A DNA stretch of 64,000 nt from Pirellulales bacterium. GTDB lineage: Bacteria > Planctomycetota > Planctomycetia > Pirellulales > UBA1268. Made by a program: the position numbers and the translations under genes. The notes under the pieces were generated by a model that saw only the letters and a program-made list of their open reading frames with translations, was not told where the DNA came from and did no database searches. The stretch covers positions 6,610-70,609 of the forward strand of contig JBIIQM010000002.1 of assembly GCA_044342075.1 (NCBI GenBank), given 5' to 3'. Below, piece after piece: positions 1 to 9,319 of this stretch (the stretch's first letter is position 1; every line of letters starts with the position of its first letter).

Positions 1-350
1 TCTTCATGGAGGCCACGCTCGGGATGCTCGGCTTTTGGTTCCTCGAGGTCTCGAGCATCATCTTCGCCTACATGCTCGTGCAGTATCTCCTCTCGGGCCA
101 CATGTTTCCGCTCGACATGCTTGCCGGAATCCCCACCGGCATCGCGGGGATGAGCCTGGCCGATCTCGTCCGCTGGCTCCCCTTCGAATACACCGCCTAC
201 TTTCCGTCGGCTGTCTGGCTCGGCAAGATCCGCGGCGCGGAGCTCGCGCGATCGCTCATGATCGAGGCGGGCTGGGTCGTGGTGATGGCCGTCGCCTGTC
301 GCGTCGCCTGGTGGCGCGGGACGCGGCGGTACAGCGCGTTTGGAGGGTGA
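1..350 (+). CDS. ABC-2 type transporter permease, C-terminal fragment (5' end outside window)
   Basis: ORF is open to the window edge. Translation is TM-rich (GFWFLEVSSIIFAYMLVQYLLSGHMFP, WLPFEYTAYFPSAVWLG). It overlaps the next, similar permease gene by 11 nt, as in paired ABC-2 permease operons. Confidence 0.55.
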   Translation, partial: FMEATLGMLGFWFLEVSSIIFAYMLVQYLLSGHMFPLDMLAGIPTGIAGMSLADLVRWLPFEYTAYFPSAVWLGKIRGAELARSLMIEAGWVVVMAVACRVAWWRGTRRYSAFGG

Positions 351-1170
351 CGTGGGCCGCTACCTCTCGATCTTCGGCACCTTCGCGCGGGCGTGTCTCG
401 TGCGCGACATGACGTTTCGGGCGAACTTTTTGCTCGAGTGCGTCACCAGCATGGGCTGGATGTCGATGAACCTGGCGTTTTACCTGCTCGTCTTCACGTT
501 CACCGCCGAGATCGGCCGCAACACCGGCTGGACCCGGGAGCCGTTCTTCGCGTTCGTGGCGACCGGCCTGATCATCAACTCGATCGTGCAGGCCCTCTTC
601 ATGCCGAGTGCGGAGGAACTCACCGAGATGGTCCGCACCGGCGGCCTCGACGCCGTGCTCGTGCAGCCGCTCGACGCGCAGTTCCTGCTCTCGATGCACC
701 GGGTCGATTTTTCCGCGTTCGCCAACGGGCTCGTCGGCATCGGCTTGCTCGGCTGGGCGCTTGCCCGGATGGACCATGCGCCGACACCGGTCGCCTGGCT
801 GATCTACCCGCTCCTCATCCTCTGCGGTGTGGCGATCCTCTATTCGCTCGTGATCATGCTGGCCGCGGCCACGATTCTCATGGGCCGCAATCAGAGCCTC
901 TACGACTTCTGGTTCTATCTCACGAATTTCTCCCGCTATCCCGCCGAGATCTACGCCGGACCGTGGGGCGGCCCGCTTCGCGCCCTCTGCACGTTCGTGA
1001 TCCCGATCCTGCTCGTCGTGAACGTGCCGGCCCGCGTGATCGCCCAGCCGCTCACAGGCGAGGCCTGGTGGCCCGTCGTCGGCGCCGTGACGGCCGCCGT
1101 CGCGTCGCTCGTCGTCTCGCGGCTCGTCTTTCAGGCGGCCCTCTCCAAGTACCGCAGTGCGTCGAGTTGA
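340..1170 (+). CDS. ABC-2 type transporter permease
   Basis: 276-aa polytopic ORF. The block [35 protein letters not shown] resembles ABC2_membrane_6-type permeases. TTG start at 340; GTG at 352 is an alternative. Confidence 0.6.
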   Translation: MEGDVGRYLSIFGTFARACLVRDMTFRANFLLECVTSMGWMSMNLAFYLLVFTFTAEIGRNTGWTREPFFAFVATGLIINSIVQALFMPSAEELTEMVRTGGLDAVLVQPLDAQFLLSMHRVDFSAFANGLVGIGLLGWALARMDHAPTPVAWLIYPLLILCGVAILYSLVIMLAAATILMGRNQSLYDFWFYLTNFSRYPAEIYAGPWGGPLRALCTFVIPILLVVNVPARVIAQPLTGEAWWPVVGAVTAAVASLVVSRLVFQAALSKYRSASS

Positions 1171-1175
1171 AGCCC

Positions 1176-2555
1176 ATGCGTTCCACCACGCTTGCCCTTC
1201 ACGAAGACACCGCCGCCACGCTCATCGGCGTGGCGATCGTCGCGCTCGCGCTGGCCGTGACCTCGTTCGCCCGCCCGGCGACGGATCCCGGCAGCCGTGA
1301 GAAATACCCGAAGGGCTGGCCCACGCCGCTTGCCGCGACGATCGACAAGCCGCAGACCTGGGCCGACTCGCCCGCGCAGGCGCTCGTCGACAAGAAGGGG
1401 AAAAACGTCGCCCGGCCGATCCTGCTCGGCATGGGCTGGGTCGTGCTGGTCAGCGCGGCCGGCGCGGTGCTCGGGGGCGGCACCCTGCGCCGCGTTGTGC
1501 CGGGCAGTCTCGCGATCGCGGGACTCGCCGGCCTGGCCTACCTCCTGTCGAGCCAGAAACTCATCCATTACTACAACCTCGAGTATCCGCTCTGGGCGTT
1601 GCTTGTCGGAATCCTCATCAGCAACACCGTGGGCGTGCCGCGGTGGCTCGCGCCTGCCCTTGGCGGGGAGTTTCTCATCAAGACGGGCCTCGTGATCTTC
1701 GGGGCGGAAGTGCTCTTCAGTCGGCTTCTCGAGCTTGGACTGCCGGGCGTGATGACCTCGTGGCTCGTGACGCCGGTCGTGCTCGTGGCCACCTATTGGG
1801 CGGGCGTGCATCTTCTGAGGATTCCGTCGCGGTCGCTCTGCATGGTCGTCTCGGCCGACATGTCGGTCTGCGGCGTCTCGGCGGCGATCGCGACGGCCGC
1901 GGCCTGCCGGGCGAAGAAGGAGGAACTCACTCTGGCGATCGGCCTGTCGCTCTTCTTCACCGTGATGATGATGGTGGCCATGCCGCCGCTCATCGCCTGG
2001 CTGGGGCTCGACCCGATCGTCGGCGGCGCCTGGCTCGGCGGCACGATCGACGCCACAGGGGCCGTCGTCGCGGCCGGCGAGTCGCTCGGCAAGGAGGCGG
2101 GCGAGGTGGCGGCGACGGTGAAGATGATCCAAAACTCGATGATCGGCGTGATCGCCTTCGCGGTGGCCGTCTATTGGGCCGGCTGGGTCGAGCGCGATGC
2201 AACCGCCCCCCGGGCGTCTCTCGCAGCGGAGGCATGGCAGCGGTTCCCGCGGTTCATTCTCGGTTTTCTCCTCATGTCGATCGTCTGCTCGTGGCTCTTC
2301 AGCCGCTCGCCCGAGCAGTCGCTCTGGGTCGATGGCGCCACGCTCGGCTTCACGTCGCGGCTGCGGGGCTGGCTCTTCTGTGCGGGCTTCGTCTGCATGG
2401 GGCTGGCCACCAACTTCCGCGAGCTTGCCCCGGTGCTCGCCAGCGGCCGGCCGCTCGTGCTCTACGTGGGGGGGCAGTTGCTCAACCTCGCCCTCACGCT
2501 CGCGATGGCGAGCCTCACGTTCGGCTGGCTATTTCGAAAGACGGTGGAGCCATGA
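1176..2555 (+). CDS. YeiH/UPF0324-family polytopic membrane protein
   Basis: ATG at 1176 lies in frame inside the 393..2555 ORF; the upstream part of that ORF overlaps the permease gene in another frame. Family-like blocks are [31 protein letters not shown] and [15 protein letters not shown]. Confidence 0.6.
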   Translation: MRSTTLALHEDTAATLIGVAIVALALAVTSFARPATDPGSREKYPKGWPTPLAATIDKPQTWADSPAQALVDKKGKNVARPILLGMGWVVLVSAAGAVLGGGTLRRVVPGSLAIAGLAGLAYLLSSQKLIHYYNLEYPLWALLVGILISNTVGVPRWLAPALGGEFLIKTGLVIFGAEVLFSRLLELGLPGVMTSWLVTPVVLVATYWAGVHLLRIPSRSLCMVVSADMSVCGVSAAIATAAACRAKKEELTLAIGLSLFFTVMMMVAMPPLIAWLGLDPIVGGAWLGGTIDATGAVVAAGESLGKEAGEVAATVKMIQNSMIGVIAFAVAVYWAGWVERDATAPRASLAAEAWQRFPRFILGFLLMSIVCSWLFSRSPEQSLWVDGATLGFTSRLRGWLFCAGFVCMGLATNFRELAPVLASGRPLVLYVGGQLLNLALTLAMASLTFGWLFRKTVEP

Positions 2556-2571
2556 CCACCGTGGGACCGTG

Positions 2572-2796
2572 ATGAAAGACTTCGGCGGGATGGCGAGGTT
2601 CGTCGTTGCGATCGTCGGCCTGGCGATCGTCTGGCTCGTCGTGCTGCCGTGGATGCTCTGCTGCGGCCCGGTCGCCCGGCATGTGGACCGCATGGAGGAT
2701 CGGGGCGTGAACCCCGCCGCCATGTACTACACCGAGCTCGAGCGGCTGCCGCTGCGGCCGGGCTGGATCGAGCAGCGGATCGTGCTCTGGCCGTAG
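2572..2796 (+). CDS. small membrane protein, hypothetical
   Basis: ATG at 2572, 74 aa, with one hydrophobic helix (FVVAIVGLAIVWLVVLPWMLCC). It sits 16 nt after the preceding gene. Confidence 0.4.
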   Translation: MKDFGGMARFVVAIVGLAIVWLVVLPWMLCCGPVARHVDRMEDRGVNPAAMYYTELERLPLRPGWIEQRIVLWP

Positions 2797-2831
2797 CCCG
2801 GCGCCGGTCTCGTGACTACACTCCTCCCACC

Positions 2832-3695
2832 ATGCTCAAGCTCGCCTTCAGTTCCAACGCCTACCTCGACGTGCCGGTCGATCAGGCGATCGCGCGGATC
2901 GCCGGGTTCGGTTACCACGGCATCGAACTGCTCGCCGACGTGCCGCACGCCTGGCCGGCGGGCCTACTCGAGGAGCAGAAGGATCTGATCCGCCGAAGCC
3001 TCTCACAGCACCGGCTCGCGATCTCGAACATCAACGCGTTCATGATGAACGCCGTCGCCGACCCGCGGCAGCCCTACTGGCATCCCGGCTGGACCGACCC
3101 CGATCCCCACTACCGCGCGATCCGCCGCGAGCACACGAAGCGGGCGCTGCGGCTGGCGGCCGAACTCGGCGCGAAGTCGATCTCGACCGAGCCCGGCGGC
3201 GAGATCGCCGCGGGGCAGACCCGCGAGCAGGCCACCGACATCTTCTACGACGAGATCATGCCCGTCCTCGATGTGGCCGCCGCCTGCGGCGTCGCGCTCC
3301 TCATCGAGCCGGAGCCGGGCCTCCTGATCGAGAAGTTCGGCCAATACCTCGAGTTTGCCGAGCGGGTGAATCATCCGTCGCTCGGGCTCAACTTCGACAT
3401 CGGCCACGCCTACTGCGTGGGCGAGGATCCGGCCGAGTGGGTGCCGCGGATGAAGGCCCACACGCGGCACTACCACTTCGAAGACATCGCGGCCACGCGG
3501 GTGCATCACCACCTCGTGCCCGGCGAGGGCGCGATCGACTTCGACGGCGTCTTCAAGGCGATCGCATCGCATACGCCCGACATCTGGATCACGGTCGAAC
3601 TCTATCCCTATCGCGACCGTCCGGACGAGGCCGCCCGGGCCGCAAAGGCGCATCTTCGTTCCTGCGCCGCCCGCGCCGGCGTGGCCTTGGAGTAA
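2832..3695 (+). CDS. sugar phosphate isomerase/epimerase (xylose isomerase-like TIM barrel)
   Basis: 287 aa. Family-typical layout: LKLAFSSNAY...GYHGIELL, ...LLIEPEPG..., NFDIGHAYCVGEDP, ...ITVELYPY. Confidence 0.75.
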   Translation: MLKLAFSSNAYLDVPVDQAIARIAGFGYHGIELLADVPHAWPAGLLEEQKDLIRRSLSQHRLAISNINAFMMNAVADPRQPYWHPGWTDPDPHYRAIRREHTKRALRLAAELGAKSISTEPGGEIAAGQTREQATDIFYDEIMPVLDVAAACGVALLIEPEPGLLIEKFGQYLEFAERVNHPSLGLNFDIGHAYCVGEDPAEWVPRMKAHTRHYHFEDIAATRVHHHLVPGEGAIDFDGVFKAIASHTPDIWITVELYPYRDRPDEAARAAKAHLRSCAARAGVALE

Positions 3696-3699
3696 CACG

Positions 3700-4629
3700 A
3701 TGAAGACGCTGCTTGCATGGCTGCGGCTCCTGCGGCTGCCGAATCACGCCACCGTGGCGGCCGACATCCTCGCCGGATTCCTGATCGCATCGCAGGCGCG
3801 GGAGATCGCCGTGCCTCCGGCCCCCTTCTGGTGGGCGCTCGCCGCGGGGCTCTTCTTCTATGCCGCCGGCATGGTGCTCAACGACGTCTTCGACGTCGCG
3901 CTCGACCGGCGGGAACGGCCGGAGCGGCCGCTCCCCAGCGGTGCGATCGACGTCGCCACGGCGGCGGCCGTTGGCCAGCGGCTGCTCGGGTTTGGCGGCA
4001 TCTGCGCCTGCATCGCGGCTTTCATCTCGGGGCATGCGGCCGTCGCGCTCGTGGGCGCCGCGCTCACGGCCGCCATCTGGATCTACGACCGCCATGCGAA
4101 GGCGACCGCATTCGGGCCAACGGTGATGGGCTCCTGCCGCTCGCTCAGCTGGCTCCTCGGGATGACGGCTGCCGGTGGGCCGACCGGCCACGAATGGCTG
4201 ATCCCGCTCGGCATGGGCATGTATGCCGGTGGCATCACGCTCTTCGCCCGCGACGAGGCCGGCCAGAGCCGCCGCGGCGAACTTGCGATCGCGACGCTCG
4301 TCATGCTCACCGGCCTGGCCGTGGCGGCCGGGCACACCTGGCTGATGGCGAATGCGGGGGGCGGCGCGGGCTGGCTCCGCGGCGAAAGGCTCACCGCGTG
4401 GCTCCTGCTCTGGGGCCTTCTGGGCGGGTCGATCGCGGTCCGCAACCTGCTCGGCATCATCGACGCCACTGGCGGGCGCGTGCGGCAGGCCGTCGGCAAC
4501 GCGATCATGTCGATCATCACGCTCGACGCGGTGCTCGTGCTCGCCGCCTGTGGCGAACCCTGGGCGATCGTCGTGCTCACGCTGCTCGGGCCGTTCCTCT
4601 TCGGCCGGCAGTTAGTCTCCCCTACGTGA
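3700..4629 (+). CDS. UbiA-family prenyltransferase
   Basis: 309 aa, polytopic. N-terminal LRLLRLPNHATV and the Asp-rich motif LNDVFDVALDRRERPERPLPSG. Starts 4 nt after the upstream stop. Confidence 0.8.
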   Translation: MKTLLAWLRLLRLPNHATVAADILAGFLIASQAREIAVPPAPFWWALAAGLFFYAAGMVLNDVFDVALDRRERPERPLPSGAIDVATAAAVGQRLLGFGGICACIAAFISGHAAVALVGAALTAAIWIYDRHAKATAFGPTVMGSCRSLSWLLGMTAAGGPTGHEWLIPLGMGMYAGGITLFARDEAGQSRRGELAIATLVMLTGLAVAAGHTWLMANAGGGAGWLRGERLTAWLLLWGLLGGSIAVRNLLGIIDATGGRVRQAVGNAIMSIITLDAVLVLAACGEPWAIVVLTLLGPFLFGRQLVSPT

Positions 4630-4657
4630 CGGCCGCCCTCCCGGGCGAACGCCTCCC

Positions 4658-5521
4658 ATGCGGCTCGGCTACAGCACCAACAGCATCGGCGACATCGCCC
4701 CGCTCGACGCGCTGCCGATGCTCCGCGATCTGGGCTACCGCTCGATCGCGATCACGCTCGACCACCACGTGCTCAATCCCTTCGGGCCGGCGCTCGCCGA
4801 GGAGATCGACCGCTGGCGGCGGGGCCTTGCGGCCAACGGCATGGCCTCTGTGATCGAGACGGGAGCCCGCCACCTGCTCGATCCCGCCCGCAAGCACGAG
4901 CCGACGCTCGTCTCGGCCCACCGCGACGATCGCATCCGGCGGGTCGATTTTCTCCGCCGTGCGATCGACGTGGCGGCTGAACTGCAGGCCGGTTGCGTGT
5001 CGCTCTGGGCGGGCGTGGTCGCCGACTCGGCCGACGAGGAGACGATCTGGGGCCGGCTCGCGGACGGACTCGCCGCGGTGCTCGACCATGCAGGTAAACG
5101 TGGCGTCACGATCGGTTTCGAGCCGGAGCCCGGCATGTTCATCGACACGCTCGCCCGCCAGAGCCGGCTCGTCGAGCGGCTGGGCCGGCCGGACCATCTC
5201 AAACTCACGCTCGACATCGGCCACATGGAGTGCATGGGGGAGCGGCCGGCGGCGAGCGTGCTCGGGACCCGCGCCAGCGACGTCGTGAACGTGCACGTCG
5301 AAGACATGCTCCCCTCCCGTCACGAGCACCTGCCGCTGGGCTCGGGCACGGTCGATCTCGAGCCCGTGCTGACAACGCTCGCGCAAGCCGGCTACCGTGG
5401 CGGCCTGCACGTCGAATTGCCGCGGCAGTCACACCGCTGGCTCGAGACGGCCCGCCAATCGGCCCGCGTGATCAAAAAGGTGTCAGGACTCTTTTCCGGA
5501 CACTCGGTTTTCGGGAAATGA
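4658..5521 (+). CDS. sugar phosphate isomerase/epimerase (xylose isomerase-like TIM barrel), second copy
   Basis: 287 aa: RLGYSTNS...GYRSIAITLD, TIGFEPEPGMFI, LDIGHMECMGE, LHVELPRQ. The last ~17 codons come from the left arm of the 32-bp inverted repeat. Confidence 0.7.
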   Translation: MRLGYSTNSIGDIAPLDALPMLRDLGYRSIAITLDHHVLNPFGPALAEEIDRWRRGLAANGMASVIETGARHLLDPARKHEPTLVSAHRDDRIRRVDFLRRAIDVAAELQAGCVSLWAGVVADSADEETIWGRLADGLAAVLDHAGKRGVTIGFEPEPGMFIDTLARQSRLVERLGRPDHLKLTLDIGHMECMGERPAASVLGTRASDVVNVHVEDMLPSRHEHLPLGSGTVDLEPVLTTLAQAGYRGGLHVELPRQSHRWLETARQSARVIKKVSGLFSGHSVFGK

Positions 5522-5563
5522 CAGTGTTTGGCCGGAAAAGAGTCCTGACACCTTTTTGATCAC
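5468..5563. repeat. perfect 32-bp inverted repeat with 32-nt loop (hairpin, likely bidirectional terminator)
   Basis: 5468-5499 GTGATCAAAAAGGTGTCAGGACTCTTTTCCGG is the exact reverse complement of 5532-5563. It lies between convergent genes and is AT-richer than its surroundings. Confidence 0.85.
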
Positions 5564-7932
5564 AACACAGCCGAGCCACGTGGATTCAATGCGCCGCCCA
5601 CGACATCCACCGCCTTGAGGTCGAGATCCGCCACCGAGTAGATCGTGCTCCCGATTCGGGCGGTGCGCAGCAATCGAGAATCGTGCTCGACGGTGCCCAG
5701 TTCGGTGATGCCCGTGACCGGGTCGATGTCGAGCACCACGACGCCGGCACGCGTCTGCCATGTCGGGTCGCCATCGGGCGAATTGGCGGCCACCATCACG
5801 AACGATTGGACCGGCAGCGCGACGACGTCGAGCTCCGGGAAGAAGCCGAGGGCGTGGTGATCCCATTCGGCGTCCGACCACGACCAGCCCTCGGCAGGAT
5901 GATCGACGAGGAACGTGCCGACTTCCTTGGGAGCCGAGGCATCGCGGACGTCGAAGAGCGACACCTTCATACCGCGGGTGCGGCCCGTCTCCGGATCGGC
6001 GTCGCGGCCGATGCCCAGGAGGAAGCCGTCGTCGAGCGGCTGCAGGAAGCGGGAAAAGCCTGGCACCTTCAGCTCGCCCGCGATCCGGGGCGCCGTCGGC
6101 TGCGATAGATCGATCACGAAGAGCGGGTCAACCTGCTCGAACGTGACCATGTATGCCGTCTCGCCGACGAACCGGGCCGACATGATCGACTCGCCGGGCG
6201 CGATGTTTTCCACCGAGCCGACGACCGCGAGCGTGTCGCCCTGCGTGGCGAGCACGTAGACGGCGTTCGAACGGTTCATGGTCCAGGGCATGAAGGGCAG
6301 GGAGACGACGATATCAGGAGAGCCGACCGTCGGCGAAGCGTTGTCCGCTGCGGTTTCAAATGTCGTCTTCGTTACGGCGACGCGCAAGAAGTCTCCATTG
6401 TCATCGGCCGAGAACTGGTTGAGCAGGTGGCCGCTGAACGAGCCCGAGGCGATGAAGCGGGGCGCGGCGCCGGTGATGTCGAACCGCTGCACGTCGGTCC
6501 GCTCGCCGTGGATCCATTCCTGGCGCGGGCTGAAGACGTAGAGCTCCTCGGCGTTCATGTGCAGCGTCGAGGCGTAGCCGCCGATGACGGAGGTCGCACC
6601 GGCGATCGTGGGTGTCGCGGCATGCACGTTGACGAGCACGACCGACGTGAGGTTGACCTCGTTGCCCATGGCCGGGGAGAGCACGTCTTGGGGGCGGGAG
6701 ACGAGTTGCGGCGCCGACGTGGTCGACGTGCCGTCTGCCTTCGCCACGGTCGTCGTCCAGGTGGGCAGCATCCGTGCGACCGGTGCCTGGCGGATCCGCT
6801 TGGCGAGCGCCGCATCGGAAACGGGCGGGGCGGCGAACGCGACCCTCCCCTCCGGCATCACGGCCGGCATGATCGCGGGAGCGCCGTCCCAATAGCCGGC
6901 GAGCAGGTCGTTTTGCACGACGAGCGCGAGCCGGCCGGCCACCATCCGCGAATCGACGTAGGCGCCGTCGATGCGAGTGCTCGAAAGCAGCCGCGGTTCG
7001 GCCGGATCGGCGACGTCGTAGACCGTCACCTGCACCTGGCCCGCGTGCCGCATGCCGAGAAGCGGCATGATGCCTGGGTTGCCGGGCACGGCCGCCGGCG
7101 TCCAGACGCTCGAGAGCACCGTGAGCCGGCCCTCGTGGAGGTATTCCGCCAGCGGCCAGCCGTCGATCGTCGTGCGCGAGGCGACCACGGGGGCGTCGGC
7201 GTCTTGCGCGTCGACGATGACGAGCTCGTCGCGGGAGAGGATGTAGAGGTGGCGGCCGTCGTTTTCGATGATGTCGCCCTCGTCGACGCCGGCGACCTGC
7301 GTGTTGGTCTGGGAATGGCCGGGGGCCGTGTTGGCGATCGCGGTCGTCGAAACGGTCGTCGACGTGTCGTTCACCGCCAACACCGGTCCGTTCAGCCGGG
7401 CTCCGAAGCCCGTCGCCATGGCTCCGAGGCCGCCGCGGTTGCGGGCGGCGTTCACCAGATAGTCGCGGAAGGCCTCCGGCGTGCCGAGCCGGGCAAGCCG
7501 GTCCACGCGGGTGGCGCTCGTGACGCGGTCGCGGCCGCCGCCGGATTGGAAGGCATCGCGGCCGAGGCCGCCGTCGATCTGGTTGGTGCCGCGGCCTCCC
7601 TGCAGGAGGTCGTTGCCCAGGCCGCCCCTGATGGTGGTCGGGATCGCAATAACGCCGTTCTCTTGATTCACGCTGATCTCGTCGTTGCCGGCGCCGCCAT
7701 CGATCCTGATCTGCCTGACCGCCGAGATCGCGCGGGAAAACGTCACGGTGCCGTTCTCGACCACCTGCAAGACATTCGCGTCGTCGGCCGATCGCCGGAC
7801 TTCGATCACGTCGCTGGCCGCGGTGCCGCGGATGGCGAGGATGCCGCGGCCGAGCGTCGCCGTGAGCAGCGTGCGGGCCTCGAGGGTCTCGACGGAGAGC
7901 GTGTGGCGGCTGGAGCGGTGACGACGGTCCAT
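5560..7932 (-). CDS. secreted beta-propeller domain protein with N-terminal Gly/Asp-rich repeats
   Basis: Start taken at MDRRHRSSRHTLSVETLEARTLL (ATG at 7932). Repeats GGAGNDEI and GGLGNDLLQGGRGTNQIDGGLGRD. Blocks TNTQVAGVDEGDIIENDGRHLYIL and AYMVTFEQVDPLFVIDLSQPTAPRIAGELKVPGFSRFLQPL resemble the Beta_propel family. Confidence 0.65.
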   Translation of the reverse strand: MDRRHRSSRHTLSVETLEARTLLTATLGRGILAIRGTAASDVIEVRRSADDANVLQVVENGTVTFSRAISAVRQIRIDGGAGNDEISVNQENGVIAIPTTIRGGLGNDLLQGGRGTNQIDGGLGRDAFQSGGGRDRVTSATRVDRLARLGTPEAFRDYLVNAARNRGGLGAMATGFGARLNGPVLAVNDTSTTVSTTAIANTAPGHSQTNTQVAGVDEGDIIENDGRHLYILSRDELVIVDAQDADAPVVASRTTIDGWPLAEYLHEGRLTVLSSVWTPAAVPGNPGIMPLLGMRHAGQVQVTVYDVADPAEPRLLSSTRIDGAYVDSRMVAGRLALVVQNDLLAGYWDGAPAIMPAVMPEGRVAFAAPPVSDAALAKRIRQAPVARMLPTWTTTVAKADGTSTTSAPQLVSRPQDVLSPAMGNEVNLTSVVLVNVHAATPTIAGATSVIGGYASTLHMNAEELYVFSPRQEWIHGERTDVQRFDITGAAPRFIASGSFSGHLLNQFSADDNGDFLRVAVTKTTFETAADNASPTVGSPDIVVSLPFMPWTMNRSNAVYVLATQGDTLAVVGSVENIAPGESIMSARFVGETAYMVTFEQVDPLFVIDLSQPTAPRIAGELKVPGFSRFLQPLDDGFLLGIGRDADPETGRTRGMKVSLFDVRDASAPKEVGTFLVDHPAEGWSWSDAEWDHHALGFFPELDVVALPVQSFVMVAANSPDGDPTWQTRAGVVVLDIDPVTGITELGTVEHDSRLLRTARIGSTIYSVADLDLKAVDVVGGALNPRGSAVL

Positions 7933-8061
7933 GGGTGATCCTCGGGCGGTGGGAAAAGAAATCCCGCGAACCCTAGGATGGGCCCCCGCACGCCACAAGT
8001 AAAACTGGGCGACCCTCGGCCGGCAAGAAGCCCGATCAGGCAGGATGGCCAATCGGGGATG

Positions 8062-9120
8062 TCAGGCGTGCTTGGTCTCGTCGGCGCCGTGCTTCCGCTC
8101 GGGAAACATCAGCGACGCGGCCACGCTCGCGCCGATCAGCGTCACGATCACCAGAAGCGACACTGCCGGGTGCACGAGGTGCCCCTTCGCGTGGGCGTCC
8201 CAGCCGCCCCACTCGGCGAGCCACTCGGTGTGCCGCGCGGCCTCGGCGAGCATCTTGGCGCCGACGAAGACGAGCACGGCCGAGAGGCCGTAGTTCAGGA
8301 ACCGGAAGAGGTCCATGACGCCGGCGAGCAGGAAGTAGAGGGCGCGGAGGCCCATGATCGCGAATACGTTCGACGTGAACGCGATGAACCGCATGTAGGG
8401 CGTGCCCTTCTCGACGACGCCCAGGATGGCCGGGACGCTGTCGACCGCGAAGAGCACGTCGGTGCTTTCGACGACGAGCAGCACCAGAAACAGCGGCGTG
8501 GCCATGAGCCGGCCGTTTTCGCGGACGAAGAACTTGTCGCCGTCCGAATGGCTGGAAAGCGGGATGATCCGCTTGAAGAAGCGGATCATCGCGTTGTCGC
8601 CAGGCTCGTGATCCTTGTCGCCGAACGCGAGCTTGATGCCCGTGTAGAGGAGGAAGGCGCCGAAGAACCACATCACCCACTTGTAGCGCTCGACGAGCTC
8701 GGCCCCGAGCAGCACGAACGTGAGCCGCATGAGGACGGCGCCGAGGATGCCCCAGAAGAGCACGCGGTATTGATATTTGAGCGGCACGCCGAAATAGGCG
8801 AACACCACCGCGAAAACGAAGACGTTGTCCATCGACAACGACCACTCGACGAGATACCCGGTGAGAAACTCGAGGGCGGCCTTACCGCCCAGCCACCACC
8901 AGACGAGGCCGTTGAATGCGAAGGCGAGGGCCGACCAGAAGCAGGTCCAGAAGGCGCTCTCCCGCAGCGACGGCTCGCTCGCGTGCTTGTGGAACACGGT
9001 GAGGTCGAGCGTCAGCATCACCACCACGAAGGCGGCGAAGGCGGCCCAGTGAATGTTTTGAATGATGGCCGGGTCGGCCGCGGTGGAGAGGCCGAAGAGC
9101 AGGGGCAGGCAGGCGTGCAA
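8062..9120 (-). CDS. TerC-family integral membrane protein
   Basis: 352 aa: TGYLVEWSLSMDNVFVFAVVF, LVVESTDVLFAVDSVPAILGV, FTSNVFAIMGLRALYFLL. TTG start at 9120. Confidence 0.8.
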   Translation of the reverse strand: MHACLPLLFGLSTAADPAIIQNIHWAAFAAFVVVMLTLDLTVFHKHASEPSLRESAFWTCFWSALAFAFNGLVWWWLGGKAALEFLTGYLVEWSLSMDNVFVFAVVFAYFGVPLKYQYRVLFWGILGAVLMRLTFVLLGAELVERYKWVMWFFGAFLLYTGIKLAFGDKDHEPGDNAMIRFFKRIIPLSSHSDGDKFFVRENGRLMATPLFLVLLVVESTDVLFAVDSVPAILGVVEKGTPYMRFIAFTSNVFAIMGLRALYFLLAGVMDLFRFLNYGLSAVLVFVGAKMLAEAARHTEWLAEWGGWDAHAKGHLVHPAVSLLVIVTLIGASVAASLMFPERKHGADETKHA

Positions 9121-9214
9121 GGCGGTGTCTTCCGTGCAGGGCAGGGGGGAAAGCGGGGATGCGGAAGTGTAGCAGGCAGACCGGAAAGTGGCCTCTGCGG
9201 GAGCTACGGCCGGC

Positions 9215-9302
9215 GAGGCGAGCGGGTCGGCGGAAGCTCGACGAGCATTTGGCCCGAGTCCGCGAGGGACACCGCGAGGAGACTTCTGCCGCCCGCGAGC
9301 CG
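9215..9302. repeat. 88-nt structured intergenic repeat, copy A
   Basis: 78 of 88 positions are identical to 23403-23490. A 14-bp closing stem (GCGGGUCGGCGGAAG / CUUCUGCCGCCCGC) has one compensatory pair between copies. It lies 94 nt upstream of the TerC start. Confidence 0.8.
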
Positions 9303-9319
9303 CTTCGGGACGAAGTGGC

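Noticed and set aside
393-1175. N-terminal 261 codons of the 720-aa ORF 393..2555
   Set aside because: This part overlaps the well-supported permease gene 340..1170 in another frame and translates to Arg/Pro/Gly-rich low-complexity sequence. The membrane protein plausibly starts at the ATG at 1176.
9121-9214. Possible yybP-ykoY (manganese) riboswitch in the TerC 5' leader
   Set aside because: TerC genes often carry this riboswitch. Neither strand between 9121 and 9320 shows the conserved GGGGAGUAG and GAGAC/UUGACA-type elements that I can recognise. An Rfam or Infernal scan would be decisive.
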